In this document: in pieces, positions 18,659-29,347 of the stretch
Layout of the letters: each line of letters opens with the position of its first letter
How positions within the stretch are numbered: the first letter of the stretch is position 1
Source: Candidatus Scalinduaceae bacterium
Lineage (GTDB): Bacteria > Planctomycetota > Brocadiia > Brocadiales > Scalinduaceae
DNA length: 30,984 bases
Direction: 5' to 3'
Assembly: GCA_046759445.1 (NCBI GenBank)
Contig: JBHICG010000039.1
Coordinates: forward strand, 1-30,984
Made by a program: the position numbers and the translations under genes
Notes under the pieces: generated by a model
What the model was told of the DNA's origin: nothing
Database searches by the model: none
The model's input: the letters and a program-made list of their open reading frames with translations, nothing else

Positions 18659-20242
18659 TTAAGTCTTATTTTTTATTTCAGGCGATTTTAGTCCCGAGAT
18701 TCTCAAGGTATTCACTATTCCTGTTCTTGCGTCTTCAACCCTTATAGCATGGTTGTTGGTATCTGCAATATAGAATTTTCCGTCTGCAAAACTTAAACCT
18801 CCGGGCTCATAGAATTCTGCTTCCTTACCACCTTTATATCCGGACTCACCTGTCCCCAAAAATGTCGTAGATGTCTTGTCTTTTGGGTTTATAACCTTGA
18901 TCTTGTTATTATAAGTATCTGCAACATAAAGAAGTCCATCATGGTAGAGTATCCCCAGAGGATGCTGCAACCGTACGTTATTCCCTTTTCCATCCCTGTC
19001 GCCAAAGACAAAAAGGTCCTTACCAACGATTGTATTCACTTCTCCATTTGGATCCAGATCAGCAGAAAGTATAGAACTGACCTCACTATCTGCGAAGTAT
19101 AACTTAATACCGTCAGTTGTTATGCCGCTTGGTTGTGCAAGCGCACATGATTCCAATGAACCGTCTATGCGTCCTTCCTGTCCGCTGCCAGCATAAGGTT
19201 GAAAAAGTTTTGTGGATAGATCCATTACCCATATCTGGTGTGCGCCTGCCATTGCGATATATAGCTTGTTTTCTATAAATGTTATGTCCCATGGCGAATT
19301 AAGCGGTGAATGAACACCCATCCCACCCGTAGCCATAAAACTTGCCTGTTTACCGGTTCCTGCGATTGTTTTAACTGTTTTTGCATTTAAATCAAGCTTG
19401 CGTATCAGGTGATTTTCCGTATCAGCGATATAAAGTATGTTGTTATTAAGAGCCATTCCCTGGGGATGATTAAAACTTGCTTCTTCAAAGGAACCGTCTC
19501 TTGCGCCAATTTCTCCGCTTCCGGCGACATCAATAACCTCGCCTTCAAGATTAGTTATCACAATTCTATTATGATTTGAATCAGAGATGAACAATTGCCT
19601 TGATGATTCGTCTGCAAGGATTTTTCCAGGGAAGGAAAGGTCACTTGGCACAAACTTATTCTTCTCCAGATTAAGGTGGAAGGGTTTCTCATTGATAAGA
19701 TTTTTCTTACGAAAGGTTGTGATGGTTTCTTCTATGGTTTTATCCAGCACATCATAATTCCCTTCGCCTGAGAAGTAACTAATTATATAACCTTCTGGAT
19801 CGATTAAGACAAGAGTAGGCCATGCCCTAACACTATAAGTTTTCCATATAATATAGTTGACATCATTGACAACAGCGTGCTCGACTTCATATCTTAATAT
19901 TGCTTGTCGTATATTTTCCGTCTTCCTTTCATTAGTGAATTTTGCAGAATGCACACCTATGACGAAAAGTTCCTTAGGGTATTTTGCCTCAAGTCTTTTT
20001 AAGTCGTGTATAACATGCATGCAGTTAATACAGCAGTATGTCCAGAAGTCAAGTAATACAACCTTGCCACGTAGTTCGGCCAGTTGAATTGGTCTGCCTG
20101 TATTTAACCAATCGGTCCCTCCCTTAAGTTCCGGGGCAATCGTTTTTTCGGAAAGGGCTCTTAAAAATTTTTGTTCTCTCCAGACTAAAACAATAAGCCC
20201 AATTAGAAGAAATGAAGCAAAAATAATATACATCTTTTTCAT
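18659..20242 (-). CDS. Thioredoxin-like + NHL-repeat protein (NHLRC2/SOQ1-like)
   Basis: LDFWTYCCINCMH, GVHSAKF, NHL repeats (FNHPQGM, LYIADTENH, LQHPLG); N-terminal TM. Confidence 0.92.
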   Translation of the reverse strand: MKKMYIIFASFLLIGLIVLVWREQKFLRALSEKTIAPELKGGTDWLNTGRPIQLAELRGKVVLLDFWTYCCINCMHVIHDLKRLEAKYPKELFVIGVHSAKFTNERKTENIRQAILRYEVEHAVVNDVNYIIWKTYSVRAWPTLVLIDPEGYIISYFSGEGNYDVLDKTIEETITTFRKKNLINEKPFHLNLEKNKFVPSDLSFPGKILADESSRQLFISDSNHNRIVITNLEGEVIDVAGSGEIGARDGSFEEASFNHPQGMALNNNILYIADTENHLIRKLDLNAKTVKTIAGTGKQASFMATGGMGVHSPLNSPWDITFIENKLYIAMAGAHQIWVMDLSTKLFQPYAGSGQEGRIDGSLESCALAQPSGITTDGIKLYFADSEVSSILSADLDPNGEVNTIVGKDLFVFGDRDGKGNNVRLQHPLGILYHDGLLYVADTYNNKIKVINPKDKTSTTFLGTGESGYKGGKEAEFYEPGGLSFADGKFYIADTNNHAIRVEDARTGIVNTLRISGLKSPEIKNKT

Positions 20243-20437
20243 AATTAAGCTTCTGTTTTTAATATTGTTAAACTTAACCCTACAGGCAATGAGCCATCAG
20301 GAATAAAGTCAAAAAAACGGCAGAAAGTTAACTTTAATTGACATAGCTGTAATTAACACTATAATATTGTCATAATTCTGATAAGTACAGAAACTTATTT
20401 GTAAACTAAAGCAAAACTATACAAAAGAAAGCAAATA

Positions 20438-21379
20438 ATGGCGAATGGGAAAATTGCAAGTTTAGACATTGATGAAAAAATAGAGAACACTATTTTGCGT
20501 TATGTCGGGAATACACCCTTAATAAAGATCAGTATTTCTCTAGATATTCCGGATAATGTAGAAATATATGCAAAACTTGAATTTTTTAACCCGGGAGGTT
20601 CTATAAAGGATAGACCTATATTAAGGATGATAAAGGAAGCGATAAAGTCTGGAGAATTGACACATGACAAAGTCATTTTAGATTCCACATCTGGAAATGC
20701 AGGAATAGCATATTCTATGATAGGTGCCGCATTAGGATATGATGTAGAACTGGTTATGCCCGGTAATGCCAGTGAGGAAAGGAAAAAGAGCATCAAGGCT
20801 CATGGAGCAAGAATTATCATTACTGATCCCATAAAGGGTTATGATGAGGCTATAAGAAAGGCGCATGAATTGTTAGAAGGGAATCCAGACAAATATTATA
20901 TGCCAGACCAATATGCAAACAAATACAATCCAATAGCGCATTATGATACGACAGGTAAAGAAATTCTGGAACAAACCGAGGGTAAAGTTACACATTTTAT
21001 TTGTGGCATTGGCACTGGTGGCACTGTTATGGGTGTTGGTAAAAGATTAAGGGAACATAATCCTGACATAGAAATACACGTCATAATGCCCGAAAGTTTT
21101 CCAGGTATTGAGGGTCTAAAGCCTATGGGTTCAAAGTATATAAAGCCAAAGATTTACAAGGAAGATTTTGTAGAAGATATAAGACTCCATATAACCTCTG
21201 AGGACTCAAAGGAAATGTGTAATATCTTATCTCGAGAGATGGGGCTTTTTGTAGGGCAGTCTTCTGGCGCATTTATGAAAGGGGCATTAGAGTTAGCCAG
21301 AGAAATAAATGAGGGTGTGATAGTTACTATATTCCCTGATACTGGCAACAGGTATTTCAGTACGCAGTTGTGGGTTTAA
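20438..21379 (+). CDS. cysM: PLP-dependent cysteine synthase family protein (CysM/CysK)
   Basis: VGNTPL, AKLEFFNPGGSIKDR (PLP Lys), DSTSGNAG, GIGTGGT, PDTGNRY. cysM versus cysK not resolved. Confidence 0.85.
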   Translation: MANGKIASLDIDEKIENTILRYVGNTPLIKISISLDIPDNVEIYAKLEFFNPGGSIKDRPILRMIKEAIKSGELTHDKVILDSTSGNAGIAYSMIGAALGYDVELVMPGNASEERKKSIKAHGARIIITDPIKGYDEAIRKAHELLEGNPDKYYMPDQYANKYNPIAHYDTTGKEILEQTEGKVTHFICGIGTGGTVMGVGKRLREHNPDIEIHVIMPESFPGIEGLKPMGSKYIKPKIYKEDFVEDIRLHITSEDSKEMCNILSREMGLFVGQSSGAFMKGALELAREINEGVIVTIFPDTGNRYFSTQLWV

Positions 21380-21383
21380 ACCT

Positions 21384-21520
21384 TTATGCCCCATGGGGTA
21401 CCACGAATTATGAAAGTTTAACATAAAATCTGGATCCATGAGAATTCCGTAATACGGGACGTAATCAGGGGGACATTTCATCTCTGCCTGTTGGCAGACA
21501 AGCCTTTCAGGAGGAATCCA
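21384..21520. repeat. Cluster of short palindromic repeats
   Basis: TGCCCCATGGGGTA hairpin, TTCCGTAATACGGGA, CTGCCTGTTGGCAG; part is shared with 14751-14826. Confidence 0.5.
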
Positions 21521-21563
21521 TAATTTATTTGGATTATTCGAGTTTTATTTTCGTGTTAGAAAT

Positions 21564-22289
21564 ATGAAAAGAAATCTCTTTACAATTAATATTTTGGTTT
21601 TATTGCTACTTTTAGTTACTCTGAATCCTGGCTGCAGAGGTAAACTTAATGATGCAAGTGAGCATTATGATATAGCGGTTTTACATCTCAGGCAGGGGAG
21701 GGTTGATGATGCTATAGAAGAATATAAAAAAGCAATAAGTATTTATCCTGACTTCGAAATGGCACATTTTAACCTGGGTTGTGTATATTATCGAAAAGGC
21801 GATACAGGCCTGGCCATTGAATCCTTCAAGAGAGCCGTAGAAATAAAACCTGATTTGATTGAAGCTCGCTTAAACCTGGGCGCTGCTTACGAGAATTATA
21901 ATATGTTTAATGATGCTATTGAAGAGCACAAAAAAATATTAGAGCTTAATCCTAATCTTCCTGAACCTCATACAAATATTGGCAATATTTATTATAAAAT
22001 GGAGATGTATGAGGAAGCAATTGATGAATATAAAAAGGCTATTAAGATTAAGCCTGATTTTGCAGAAGCTTATAACAATCTTGGTTTTGTTTATTATGAA
22101 ATAGGTAAATACAGTTTTGCCATTAATGAGTATAAAAAGGCTATTGAGCTAAAACAGGATTATATAAGTGCACATAATAATCTTGGTATGGCATATAGAA
22201 AGGTTGGTCTGCTTGAAAAAGCAAAGAAAGAAAGCGAAATCGTTAATAGTCTTGTTAAAAAGAATAGAAGACCAAAGACAACCTTCTAG
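21564..22289 (+). CDS. Tetratricopeptide repeat protein, probable lipoprotein
   Basis: Signal peptide ending NPGC; five to six TPR units (AHFNLG.VY, AYNNLG.VY, AHNNLG). Confidence 0.9.
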   Translation: MKRNLFTINILVLLLLLVTLNPGCRGKLNDASEHYDIAVLHLRQGRVDDAIEEYKKAISIYPDFEMAHFNLGCVYYRKGDTGLAIESFKRAVEIKPDLIEARLNLGAAYENYNMFNDAIEEHKKILELNPNLPEPHTNIGNIYYKMEMYEEAIDEYKKAIKIKPDFAEAYNNLGFVYYEIGKYSFAINEYKKAIELKQDYISAHNNLGMAYRKVGLLEKAKKESEIVNSLVKKNRRPKTTF

Positions 22290-22335
22290 GATGTGGAACC
22301 GAATTTGAGCGATGCCTAAACGGTACGTTCGGGTC

Positions 22336-22360
22336 GGTAGCCGCAACCTTCAGGTTGCGT
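22336..22360 (+). repeat. GTAG-type REP
   Basis: GGTAGCCGCAACCTTCAGGTTGCG hairpin, related to the core of 12966-13044. Confidence 0.55.
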
Positions 22361-22391
22361 TATTTGATTTAATGATAGATTGTAATAAACC

Positions 22392-22970
22392 ATGCCTAAA
22401 AATATAGTTGAAGAACTAGAGGGTTTTTACCGTTGCCATATAGCGACTCCTACAATTGTTACCGTGCATGCAGAAGGCAGGAACAATGCAATGACTGCAG
22501 TCTGGCACTCGACACTTTCATTCAAACCTCCACTATGCGGAGTGTCTATCTCACCAGATCGTGATACACATAAGCTAATTTTGGATGCTAAAGAATTTGT
22601 CTTAAATTTTTTGCCACTTAAACGAGCTGAAATAATCGCACAGGTAAGTGGTAGTCACTGGAGTAAGGTGGATAAGTTTGAGAGATTTAATATTGATACT
22701 GAACCACCATGCAAGATAATGTCACCTATACTGAAAGAAGCCTATGCTGCTTATGAGTGTGAGTTGTTTGACCATCATACCTATGGAGACCATGAGTGGT
22801 TTGTGGGTAAAATTGTTGCTTTGCATTTCGAGGATGGATTATTCAAAGAGAATGGTGTTTTAGATATAGAACGTATAAGATTGGCGCTTTATCTTGGAAA
22901 TGATAATTATATAACAGCATCTTCAAAGGAGATAAGATACCTTAATCGGAAAGAATACGGTAAAGTATAA
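22392..22970 (+). CDS. Flavin reductase family protein
   Basis: NAMTAVW..LSFKPPL, FVLNFL, SG..VDKF, YECEL..GDHEWFVGKIV. Confidence 0.9.
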   Translation: MPKNIVEELEGFYRCHIATPTIVTVHAEGRNNAMTAVWHSTLSFKPPLCGVSISPDRDTHKLILDAKEFVLNFLPLKRAEIIAQVSGSHWSKVDKFERFNIDTEPPCKIMSPILKEAYAAYECELFDHHTYGDHEWFVGKIVALHFEDGLFKENGVLDIERIRLALYLGNDNYITASSKEIRYLNRKEYGKV

Positions 22971-22999
22971 ATTGGCGAATTAAAGAAGCTAATTTAGGA

Positions 23000-23590
23000 A
23001 TGAATGTTTATGAAACGACAATAAAGAGGCGTACTATTAGGCGTTTTAAACAAAGGCCTATTTCGCTAGAACTCCTGAAAAAGGTTGTTAATGCAGGGAG
23101 ATTAGCTCCTTCGAGCGCTAACTTACAACCAATTGAGTACGTGGTTATTGATAAGCCAGATCTTGTTGAAAAGGTATTTGGAACATTAAAGTGGGCTGGT
23201 TACATTTCTCCAACAGGTGATCCTCCACCTGGACAGAGGCCAGTTGCTTATGTTGTAGTACTTGCCAATAAAGGGAAGAATTCCGGTGGTTGTGAAAGGG
23301 ACGCCGCTGCTGCCATAGAAAACATGATACTTGTCGCCCTTGAGGAAGGTATTGGAAGTTGTTGGCTGGGATCAATAGACATAAATAAACTAAGTTGCAT
23401 CCTGGAACTTCCGGAACGTGTGAATGTCGATTCAGTCCTCGCTCTTGGATACAGCAATGAATCTCCTGAAGTAGAGGAGATGGGAGATTCGGTTGAATAT
23501 TGGAAGGATGAAGCAGGGGTTCTGCATGTACCCAAAAGGAAGCTTGAAGATATACTTTTTTATAACGAATATAAGGGTCAAGATGTATAA
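23000..23590 (+). CDS. Nitroreductase family protein
   Basis: RRTIRRF, APSSANLQP, AIENMILVA.EEGIGSCWLG, LALGY. Confidence 0.92.
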   Translation: MNVYETTIKRRTIRRFKQRPISLELLKKVVNAGRLAPSSANLQPIEYVVIDKPDLVEKVFGTLKWAGYISPTGDPPPGQRPVAYVVVLANKGKNSGGCERDAAAAIENMILVALEEGIGSCWLGSIDINKLSCILELPERVNVDSVLALGYSNESPEVEEMGDSVEYWKDEAGVLHVPKRKLEDILFYNEYKGQDV

Positions 23591-23617
23591 TAAATTGAGG
23601 GAAAGTATATGGCAATT

Positions 23618-23737
23618 TGTCATTCTGAGCCCCCACTTCTTGCTTTCGCTCTTACAGAGCCTACTTTCGGCAAGAAAGCAGTGGGGGTGAAGAATCTTGA
23701 CCTAGATGTAATAGATTCTTCGGTGCACTCAGAACGA
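23618..23737. repeat. Nested palindromic REP-like element
   Basis: TGTCATTCTGAG[CCCCACTTCTTGCTTTCGC...GCAAGAAAGCAGTGGGG]GAAGAATCT...AGATTCTTCG..CTCAGAACGA; inner part shared with ~28684-28736. Confidence 0.7.
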
Positions 23738-23807
23738 TTATATGAAATGCTGTACCTAGTAGTATATTAAGCATAAAGAGTATAAAAGCGGGAAATACAA
23801 TATATAT

Positions 23808-26033
23808 ATGTTTAGATTTATGTCAACATTTGTATTTGGGTTCGTGGTATTAGTAATATGTCTGGGAAGCCCGGAAGTATTGTCTTCAGATTCAGAGATA
23901 GAAAAAATGAAGCATAAATCCACAAATAGCGCTGTCAAGATGCACAATAATCGACTCATAAATGAAAAGAGCCCTTATTTACTCCAACACGCACATAACC
24001 CCGTAGATTGGTATGCGTGGGGACCAGAGGCTTTTGAAAAAGCCAGAAAGGAAAATAAACCTATTTTTCTTTCTATTGGATATTCGACCTGTCATTGGTG
24101 CCACGTAATGGCACACGAGTCATTCGAGGATCCCGAAGTTGCCAGATTGATGAATGAGGTTTTTGTTTCCATTAAGGTAGACAGGGAAGAGCGGCCTGAT
24201 ATAGATAATATCTACATGCGTGTGTGTCAGATGATGACGGGTAGTGGCGGGTGGCCGCTTACTATCTTTATGACGCCTGAAAAAAAACCTTTCTTTGCCG
24301 GCACTTATATACCTAAGGAGAGCCGTTTCGGACGGATGGGTATGTTGGAATTGATACCACGTATCAAGGAGGTATGGCAAACAAAACATGACGAGATACT
24401 AAAATCCGCTGATCAGATTACGGCTGGACTGAATCAATTTTCTGTCAATTCACCAGGCACAGAGCTTGATGAATCTACCTTAAGAACTGCATATGAACAG
24501 CTTGCCGGCCGATTTGATGAGCAGTATGGCGGTTTCGGTAGTTCGCCAAAATTTCCAAGCCCCCAAAATCTTCTTTTTTTGCTTCGATACTGGCAAAGTA
24601 TTGGTGATGAGAAAGCCTTAAGGATGGTCGTAAAAACCCTTCAATCCATGCGAAATGGCGGTATGTATGACCATATCGGTTTTGGTTTTCACAGATATTC
24701 TACAGATTCCAGATGGCTGGTTCCACACTTCGAAAAGATGCTCTATGATCAGGCCATGCTGGCAATGGCATATATAGAGGCATATCAGGCGACAGGGAAA
24801 GAAGAATTTGGAGAGACCGCAAAGGAGATTTTTACTTACGTCCTGCGTGACATGACAGACCCGAAAGGCGGATTTTACTCCGCCGAGGATGCTGACAGCG
24901 AGGGTGAGGAGGGAAAGTTTTATGTCTGGACTGAGGGCGAGATTCGCCAGATTCTGAAAGGGAAAGAGGCAGACCTGGTTATAAATGTATTTAGCGTTGA
25001 AAAGTCAGGTAATTTCAGGGATGAAGCATCTGGAAAGAACACGGGCACTAATATCCTGCATCTGGAAAATACCCTTAAAGAGGTTGCCTCTAAGAATAAG
25101 ACGTCACTGGACGAACTCAAGAAGCATGTGGAAACCGCCAGGCAAAAATTGTTCACAGCCCGCAGTAAAAGAATCCGTCCGGGTAGAGATGATAAGGTAT
25201 TGACAGACTGGAACGGTTTAATGATAGCCGCGCTGGCAAAAGGGGCACAGGTCTTTGATGAGCCAGAGTATGCGGATGCGGCAAGACGTGCAACGGATTT
25301 TATACTCACGGACATGCGCAGATCGGATGGAAGGCTTCTACATCGTTATCGAGATGGACAGGCTGCTGTACTTGCGAATGTAGATGACTATGTCTTCCTT
25401 ATTTGGGGATTGCTGGAATTTTATGAAACGACCTTTGACACCAGTTACCTTAAGACCGCCTTGGACATGAATAAAGAATTGATAAAATATTTTTGGGATG
25501 ATAAAAACGGTGGTTTTTATTTTACTGCGGATGATGCGGAAGAGCTTATAGTTCGGCAGAAAGAGATTTATGATGGCGCCATACCGTCTGGCAATTCTGT
25601 GGCTATGTTAAACTTACTCAGACTGGCGCGAATTACTGCAAACTCTGATCTCGAAGAGAAGGCGATGAAGATTATGCTTGCCTTTTCCAGAGATGTGATA
25701 AATACACCTTCTGGTTATACTCAAATGATGGTTGCACTTGGTTTTGGGATCGGCCCTTCTTACGAGATTGTCATAGTTGGTAACCCACAGGCAAGGGACA
25801 CAAAGGAGATGTTGAATTCCCTCAGAAAACACTTTATACCCAATAAGGTAGTAATCCTTAAACCAAATAATCAGAAATTGCCAGATATCATTCGTCTTGC
25901 CGAATTTACAAAGGACCAATCGAGTATCGACGGCAAGGCTACTGCTTATGTCTGCCTTGACTATGCCTGCAAGATGCCTACAACAAATACTAAAAAAATG
26001 CTCGAACTGCTCAACGTGTCTTCACGCAAGTAA
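23808..26033 (+). CDS. yyaL: Thioredoxin domain-containing protein YyaL/SPATA20 (DUF255 + alpha/alpha barrel)
   Basis: [77 protein letters not shown]. Confidence 0.93.
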   Translation: MFRFMSTFVFGFVVLVICLGSPEVLSSDSEIEKMKHKSTNSAVKMHNNRLINEKSPYLLQHAHNPVDWYAWGPEAFEKARKENKPIFLSIGYSTCHWCHVMAHESFEDPEVARLMNEVFVSIKVDREERPDIDNIYMRVCQMMTGSGGWPLTIFMTPEKKPFFAGTYIPKESRFGRMGMLELIPRIKEVWQTKHDEILKSADQITAGLNQFSVNSPGTELDESTLRTAYEQLAGRFDEQYGGFGSSPKFPSPQNLLFLLRYWQSIGDEKALRMVVKTLQSMRNGGMYDHIGFGFHRYSTDSRWLVPHFEKMLYDQAMLAMAYIEAYQATGKEEFGETAKEIFTYVLRDMTDPKGGFYSAEDADSEGEEGKFYVWTEGEIRQILKGKEADLVINVFSVEKSGNFRDEASGKNTGTNILHLENTLKEVASKNKTSLDELKKHVETARQKLFTARSKRIRPGRDDKVLTDWNGLMIAALAKGAQVFDEPEYADAARRATDFILTDMRRSDGRLLHRYRDGQAAVLANVDDYVFLIWGLLEFYETTFDTSYLKTALDMNKELIKYFWDDKNGGFYFTADDAEELIVRQKEIYDGAIPSGNSVAMLNLLRLARITANSDLEEKAMKIMLAFSRDVINTPSGYTQMMVALGFGIGPSYEIVIVGNPQARDTKEMLNSLRKHFIPNKVVILKPNNQKLPDIIRLAEFTKDQSSIDGKATAYVCLDYACKMPTTNTKKMLELLNVSSRK

Positions 26034-26161
26034 CTTGCTCCATAATTTCTTTCTGTTTCCTATGCATAACTGAAATAAATCTCCTAAAATAGAAAGGACG
26101 AAGGTGTTTTTTCCTAAATTTATGTTTACGAATCTCAATGTTTTCAGCAAAGGAGACGTCA

Positions 26162-26237
26162 ACACACCCCTTAATCCCCTCTTTCTAGAGGGGAAAAGCT
26201 ACAACCTTCCCTCTAGAAAGAGGGGCCGGGGGTGTGT
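26162..26237. repeat. Inverted REP pair
   Basis: ACACACCCC..CCCCTCTTTCTAGAGGG(G)AA / TTCCCTCTAGAAAGAGGGG..GGGGTGTGT. Confidence 0.7.
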
Positions 26238-26427
26238 GATTTAATAAATCCCACCTGCTCCTCCGTAATGGGTGGGTAGATAATGTTCTGATAAAAAGCT
26301 TTAAATACTGGAAGAGTGAGTAAAGAATTATTCATGCACCTAAAAGATGGCTTGAAGATATTCTTTTTTAATGAATCTGGGGTATAGTTTAGTCAATACT
26401 ACTATCATTCCAAGTGAGGTGAAAAAA

Positions 26428-26676
26428 ATGAGGATAAGGGAACAAAGAAAGAGAGAAAAGATGAGAGAACTTCAGCGAATGGCAGACCGTGTTTGTTCAC
26501 TTATATTGATTTCGGATTATCCGGAGATTGATATTGAGATAGAGAAATCAAAGGTACGTGAAAGATGTGAAGAACTTTATCCTGATAGGATGGATCTTTA
26601 CGAGATGATTTACGAAAGCAGATTTGATAGACTGTGGGAGCAGTTTAGAGAACCGCTTAAATGGAATGAAGCTTGA
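26428..26676 (+). CDS. Small helical hypothetical protein
   Basis: RBS GAGGTG before ATG 26428; protein-like composition (LQRMADRVCSLIL...YESRFDRLWEQFR). Confidence 0.7.
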   Translation: MRIREQRKREKMRELQRMADRVCSLILISDYPEIDIEIEKSKVRERCEELYPDRMDLYEMIYESRFDRLWEQFREPLKWNEA

Positions 26677-26784
26677 AAAGGCTTTCCCACCTGTTACGAC
26701 TCTTACCAATTACTCAAGCAGAGCTTGAAGACATAAAAACATCTTTAATATAGTGAACGAAATAATTAAGGTGTTATTCTCCCA

Positions 26785-27030
26785 TGTTATTCCCGCCCTG
26801 TTTATGGCCGTCCGAAGGACGGCACGCAGGCATAAGCGGGAATCTATATTAGATTCAAGGGGTTCTTGATTAAAAATGTAGGGGCTGATGCCCTCATCAG
26901 CCTTCTGATGTTTACAACAGACAACTGATTTTACATCAGACTTCATAAGGCTCGTTCGGGGAACGAGCCTTACACTTACAATTTCCCTAACCTCCCCCTT
27001 TGAAAAAGGGGGAAAGAGGGGGATTTGGGG
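26785..27030. repeat. Cluster of REP-like palindromes upstream of ribD
   Basis: TGTTATTCCCGC..[GCCGTCCGAAGGACGGC]..GCGGGAATCT; GTAGGGGCTGATGCCCTCATCAGCC; TAAGGCTCGTTCGGGGAACGAGCCTTAC; TCCCCCTTTGAAAAAGGGGGA. Confidence 0.7.
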
Positions 27031-27075
27031 ATTTGTTTAATTCGTTTTGCATAAATATCTTTACTGACGTTTTTT

Positions 27076-28185
27076 ATGAAAAGAAAGACATTTGATGATA
27101 GTTATTTCATGAGGGAGGCAATTTGCCTGGCTAGGAAGGGAATTGGCAAGACAAGTCCAAATCCAGTGGTTGGCGCCGTAATTGTGAAAAATGGCGTAAT
27201 CATTGGTCGAGGATATCATAAGAAATATGGTGGTTATCATGCAGAAATAAACGCTATCAGGGATGCTAATGACAAAGTAAAGGGGTCATCACTGTATATT
27301 ACATTAGAACCGTGTTGCCATCATGGAAAAACTCCACCTTGTGTGGATACATTAATCAAGAAGAATCTGAAAAGAGTAGTTGTCGGTACGACTGACCCAA
27401 ATCCAAAGGTAGATGGCAGAGGAATAAAAATCCTTAAATCAAAGGGCGTAAAGGTTGACGTTGGAGTACTTGAAAGTGAGTGTCGTCAATTAAACGAACA
27501 TTACTTCAAGTTTATAAAGACGGAGATACCATACGTAACCGTAAAGTATGCTCAAACTCTGGATGGAAAGATAGCTACAAAGACTGGAAATTCTCAGTGG
27601 ATAAGCTCTGAGACTTCACGTAAATTTACACATTACCTTCGTAGTATAAATGATTGTATTATGGTTGGCGTGGGAACCGTTATTGCGGACGATCCACAGC
27701 TAACGGTGAGATACGTAAAAGGAAAGCATCCTTTACGTGTGGTAGTAGATAGCAAACTTCGCATACCCATCAAATCTTCTGTCCTGAAGGACGACAATTC
27801 ACATCTGACAACAATAGTCACCACATCCAAGGCTCCTTCCAGGAAAGTGACAGCAGTCAAAAACCTGGGAGCTGAAGTATTGGTAGTGAAAAAAGACAAA
27901 AACGGTGGGGTTAGCCTTAGAGACCTCTTGAGAGAACTTGGCAAGAGAGGGATTGCTTCAGTAATGGTGGAGGGAGGCTCAGACATAATCACATCTCTAC
28001 TCAAAACAAATCTTGTTGATAAAATGGTAATATCAACGGCGCCTAAGATTATGGGAAAAGGGTTGGAGGCAATAGGCGACCTTGATATACGCAAAATAAA
28101 GGACACCATTAAATTATTACCGTTCAAGGTGATGAAAAAGGGCGATGATTATGTCTTTATTGGCACAATATTGAAGAAAACATAA
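27076..28185 (+). CDS. ribD: Bifunctional riboflavin biosynthesis deaminase/reductase RibD
   Basis: TSPNPVVGAVIV, HAE, LEPCCHHGKTPPC, AQTLDGKIA, VGVGTVIADDPQLTVR, VMVEGG. Confidence 0.97.
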   Translation: MKRKTFDDSYFMREAICLARKGIGKTSPNPVVGAVIVKNGVIIGRGYHKKYGGYHAEINAIRDANDKVKGSSLYITLEPCCHHGKTPPCVDTLIKKNLKRVVVGTTDPNPKVDGRGIKILKSKGVKVDVGVLESECRQLNEHYFKFIKTEIPYVTVKYAQTLDGKIATKTGNSQWISSETSRKFTHYLRSINDCIMVGVGTVIADDPQLTVRYVKGKHPLRVVVDSKLRIPIKSSVLKDDNSHLTTIVTTSKAPSRKVTAVKNLGAEVLVVKKDKNGGVSLRDLLRELGKRGIASVMVEGGSDIITSLLKTNLVDKMVISTAPKIMGKGLEAIGDLDIRKIKDTIKLLPFKVMKKGDDYVFIGTILKKT

Positions 28186-28273
28186 TACCTGATAATTACT
28201 AAATTCCAAGCGCTAAATAATAAATAAGTATGAAATATATGGGGTTAGTTGAAAGGTGTGTGGAGAAAAGAGT

Positions 28274-28347
28274 TGCGCCCTGAAGGAATCGAACCTTCGA
28301 CCCACTGATTAAGAGTCAGTTGCTCTGCCTGGCTGAGCTAAGGGCGC
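28274..28347 (-). tRNA. tRNA-Lys(CTT)
   Basis: GCGCCCTTAGCTCAGCCAGGCAGAGCAACTGACT-CTT-AATCAGTGGGTCGAAGGTTCGATTCCTTCAGGGCGCA folds as a cloverleaf; CCA not encoded. Confidence 0.95.
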
Positions 28348-28461
28348 TTGATTTTATTATAGATTTAGGAATTGGGAATTGAAATTAGAAGTGGAAGAAT
28401 ATTGAGCAAGACACAATTGCTTTGATAAAGATAAAGTAATTCACATTTCCTAATTAACATC

Positions 28462-28538
28462 TGGCACGCCCGGTCCGACTCGAACGGACAACCATTGGAT
28501 TCGAAGTCCACTACTCTATCCAATTGAGCTACGGGCGC
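28462..28538 (-). tRNA. tRNA-Arg(TCG)
   Basis: GCGCCCGTAGCTCAATTGGATAGAGTAGTGGACT-TCG-AATCCAATGGTTGTCCGTTCGAGTCGGACCGGGCGTGCCA. Confidence 0.93.
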
Positions 28539-28640
28539 ATTTTTATGTAAATATAATCACTTAAACAATCTTTGTCAACTCTTATGTAACCTTGTTGTTA
28601 CAATAATAAAACATTAAGTTTTTAATATCAGAGTTTTATA

Positions 28641-28883
28641 GGTTGTCCGAGAATAAGCAAAAACACCATTTTTTGTCATTCTGACCCCGCTTCTTGCTTT
28701 CGCATCGTGCCGATACGGTGCAAGAAAGCAGCGGGGTCAGAATCTTTAATTATAAGTATTTACAGAAGTATTAGATTTCGGATCAAGTCCGGGTGTGATT
28801 CTGTCTGTCCTTCGGACAGTTTAGCAGAATCACCTAAGCAATTCCGCTTTTGCGGAATTGCCAATGACAATTCTCGGACAACC
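28641..28883. mobile_element. 243-bp MITE-like element with nested palindromes
   Basis: Perfect 14-bp TIR GGTTGTCCGAGAAT/ATTCTCGGACAACC; internal TGTCATTCTGA...AATGACA REP pair with further hairpins inside. Confidence 0.75.
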
Positions 28884-29020
28884 CGTTTACCTCTGCAAAA
28901 CAGTTTACTAAAGACAAAATTATAAACTTTAAAAATCTGGAAAAACTTAAGTTGCCATTATACTGTGCTCTCCTTTTCTCATCCTATACTTCTGTGTTGA
29001 ATTAAACTTCTGCAGGATGG

Positions 29021-29347
29021 CTAATGTTTTGCCGTGTCTTTCTGTTCTATCTCGCTAATAAGTATATCTATAACCTCTCTCTTTTCTAAAATATCTGATA
29101 TTCTGTTATATTCGTCTTTAGAAAAAAAATGTGTAAGGATTGGTTTAAAAAAAAGCATGACCTGACTACCTATAAAGTTTAAGGGTCTAACAGATTCGAG
29201 AAACATTATGGCGGGCACAGACATCTTACGCCTAACCACATAGTCTGCTAACCTTTTAATTAATACAATATCATCGTTTTCAAGCTTTGCGACATCAATT
29301 GCAAACGCATGTTTTAGACCATTTACGAACCTTTTTATTTTAACCAT
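29021..29347 (-). CDS. Hypothetical protein
   Basis: 108-aa ORF with protein-like composition (RRKMSVPAIMFLESVRPLNFIGSQ); no function recognised. Confidence 0.75.
   Translation of the reverse strand: MVKIKRFVNGLKHAFAIDVAKLENDDIVLIKRLADYVVRRKMSVPAIMFLESVRPLNFIGSQVMLFFKPILTHFFSKDEYNRISDILEKREVIDILISEIEQKDTAKH

Noticed and set aside
26700..27075. FMN riboswitch upstream of ribD; ORF 26710-26946
   Set aside because: No RFN consensus seen; the region is made of REP-like palindromes.
28707..28925. 72-aa ORF
   Set aside because: Lies largely within the palindromic MITE.
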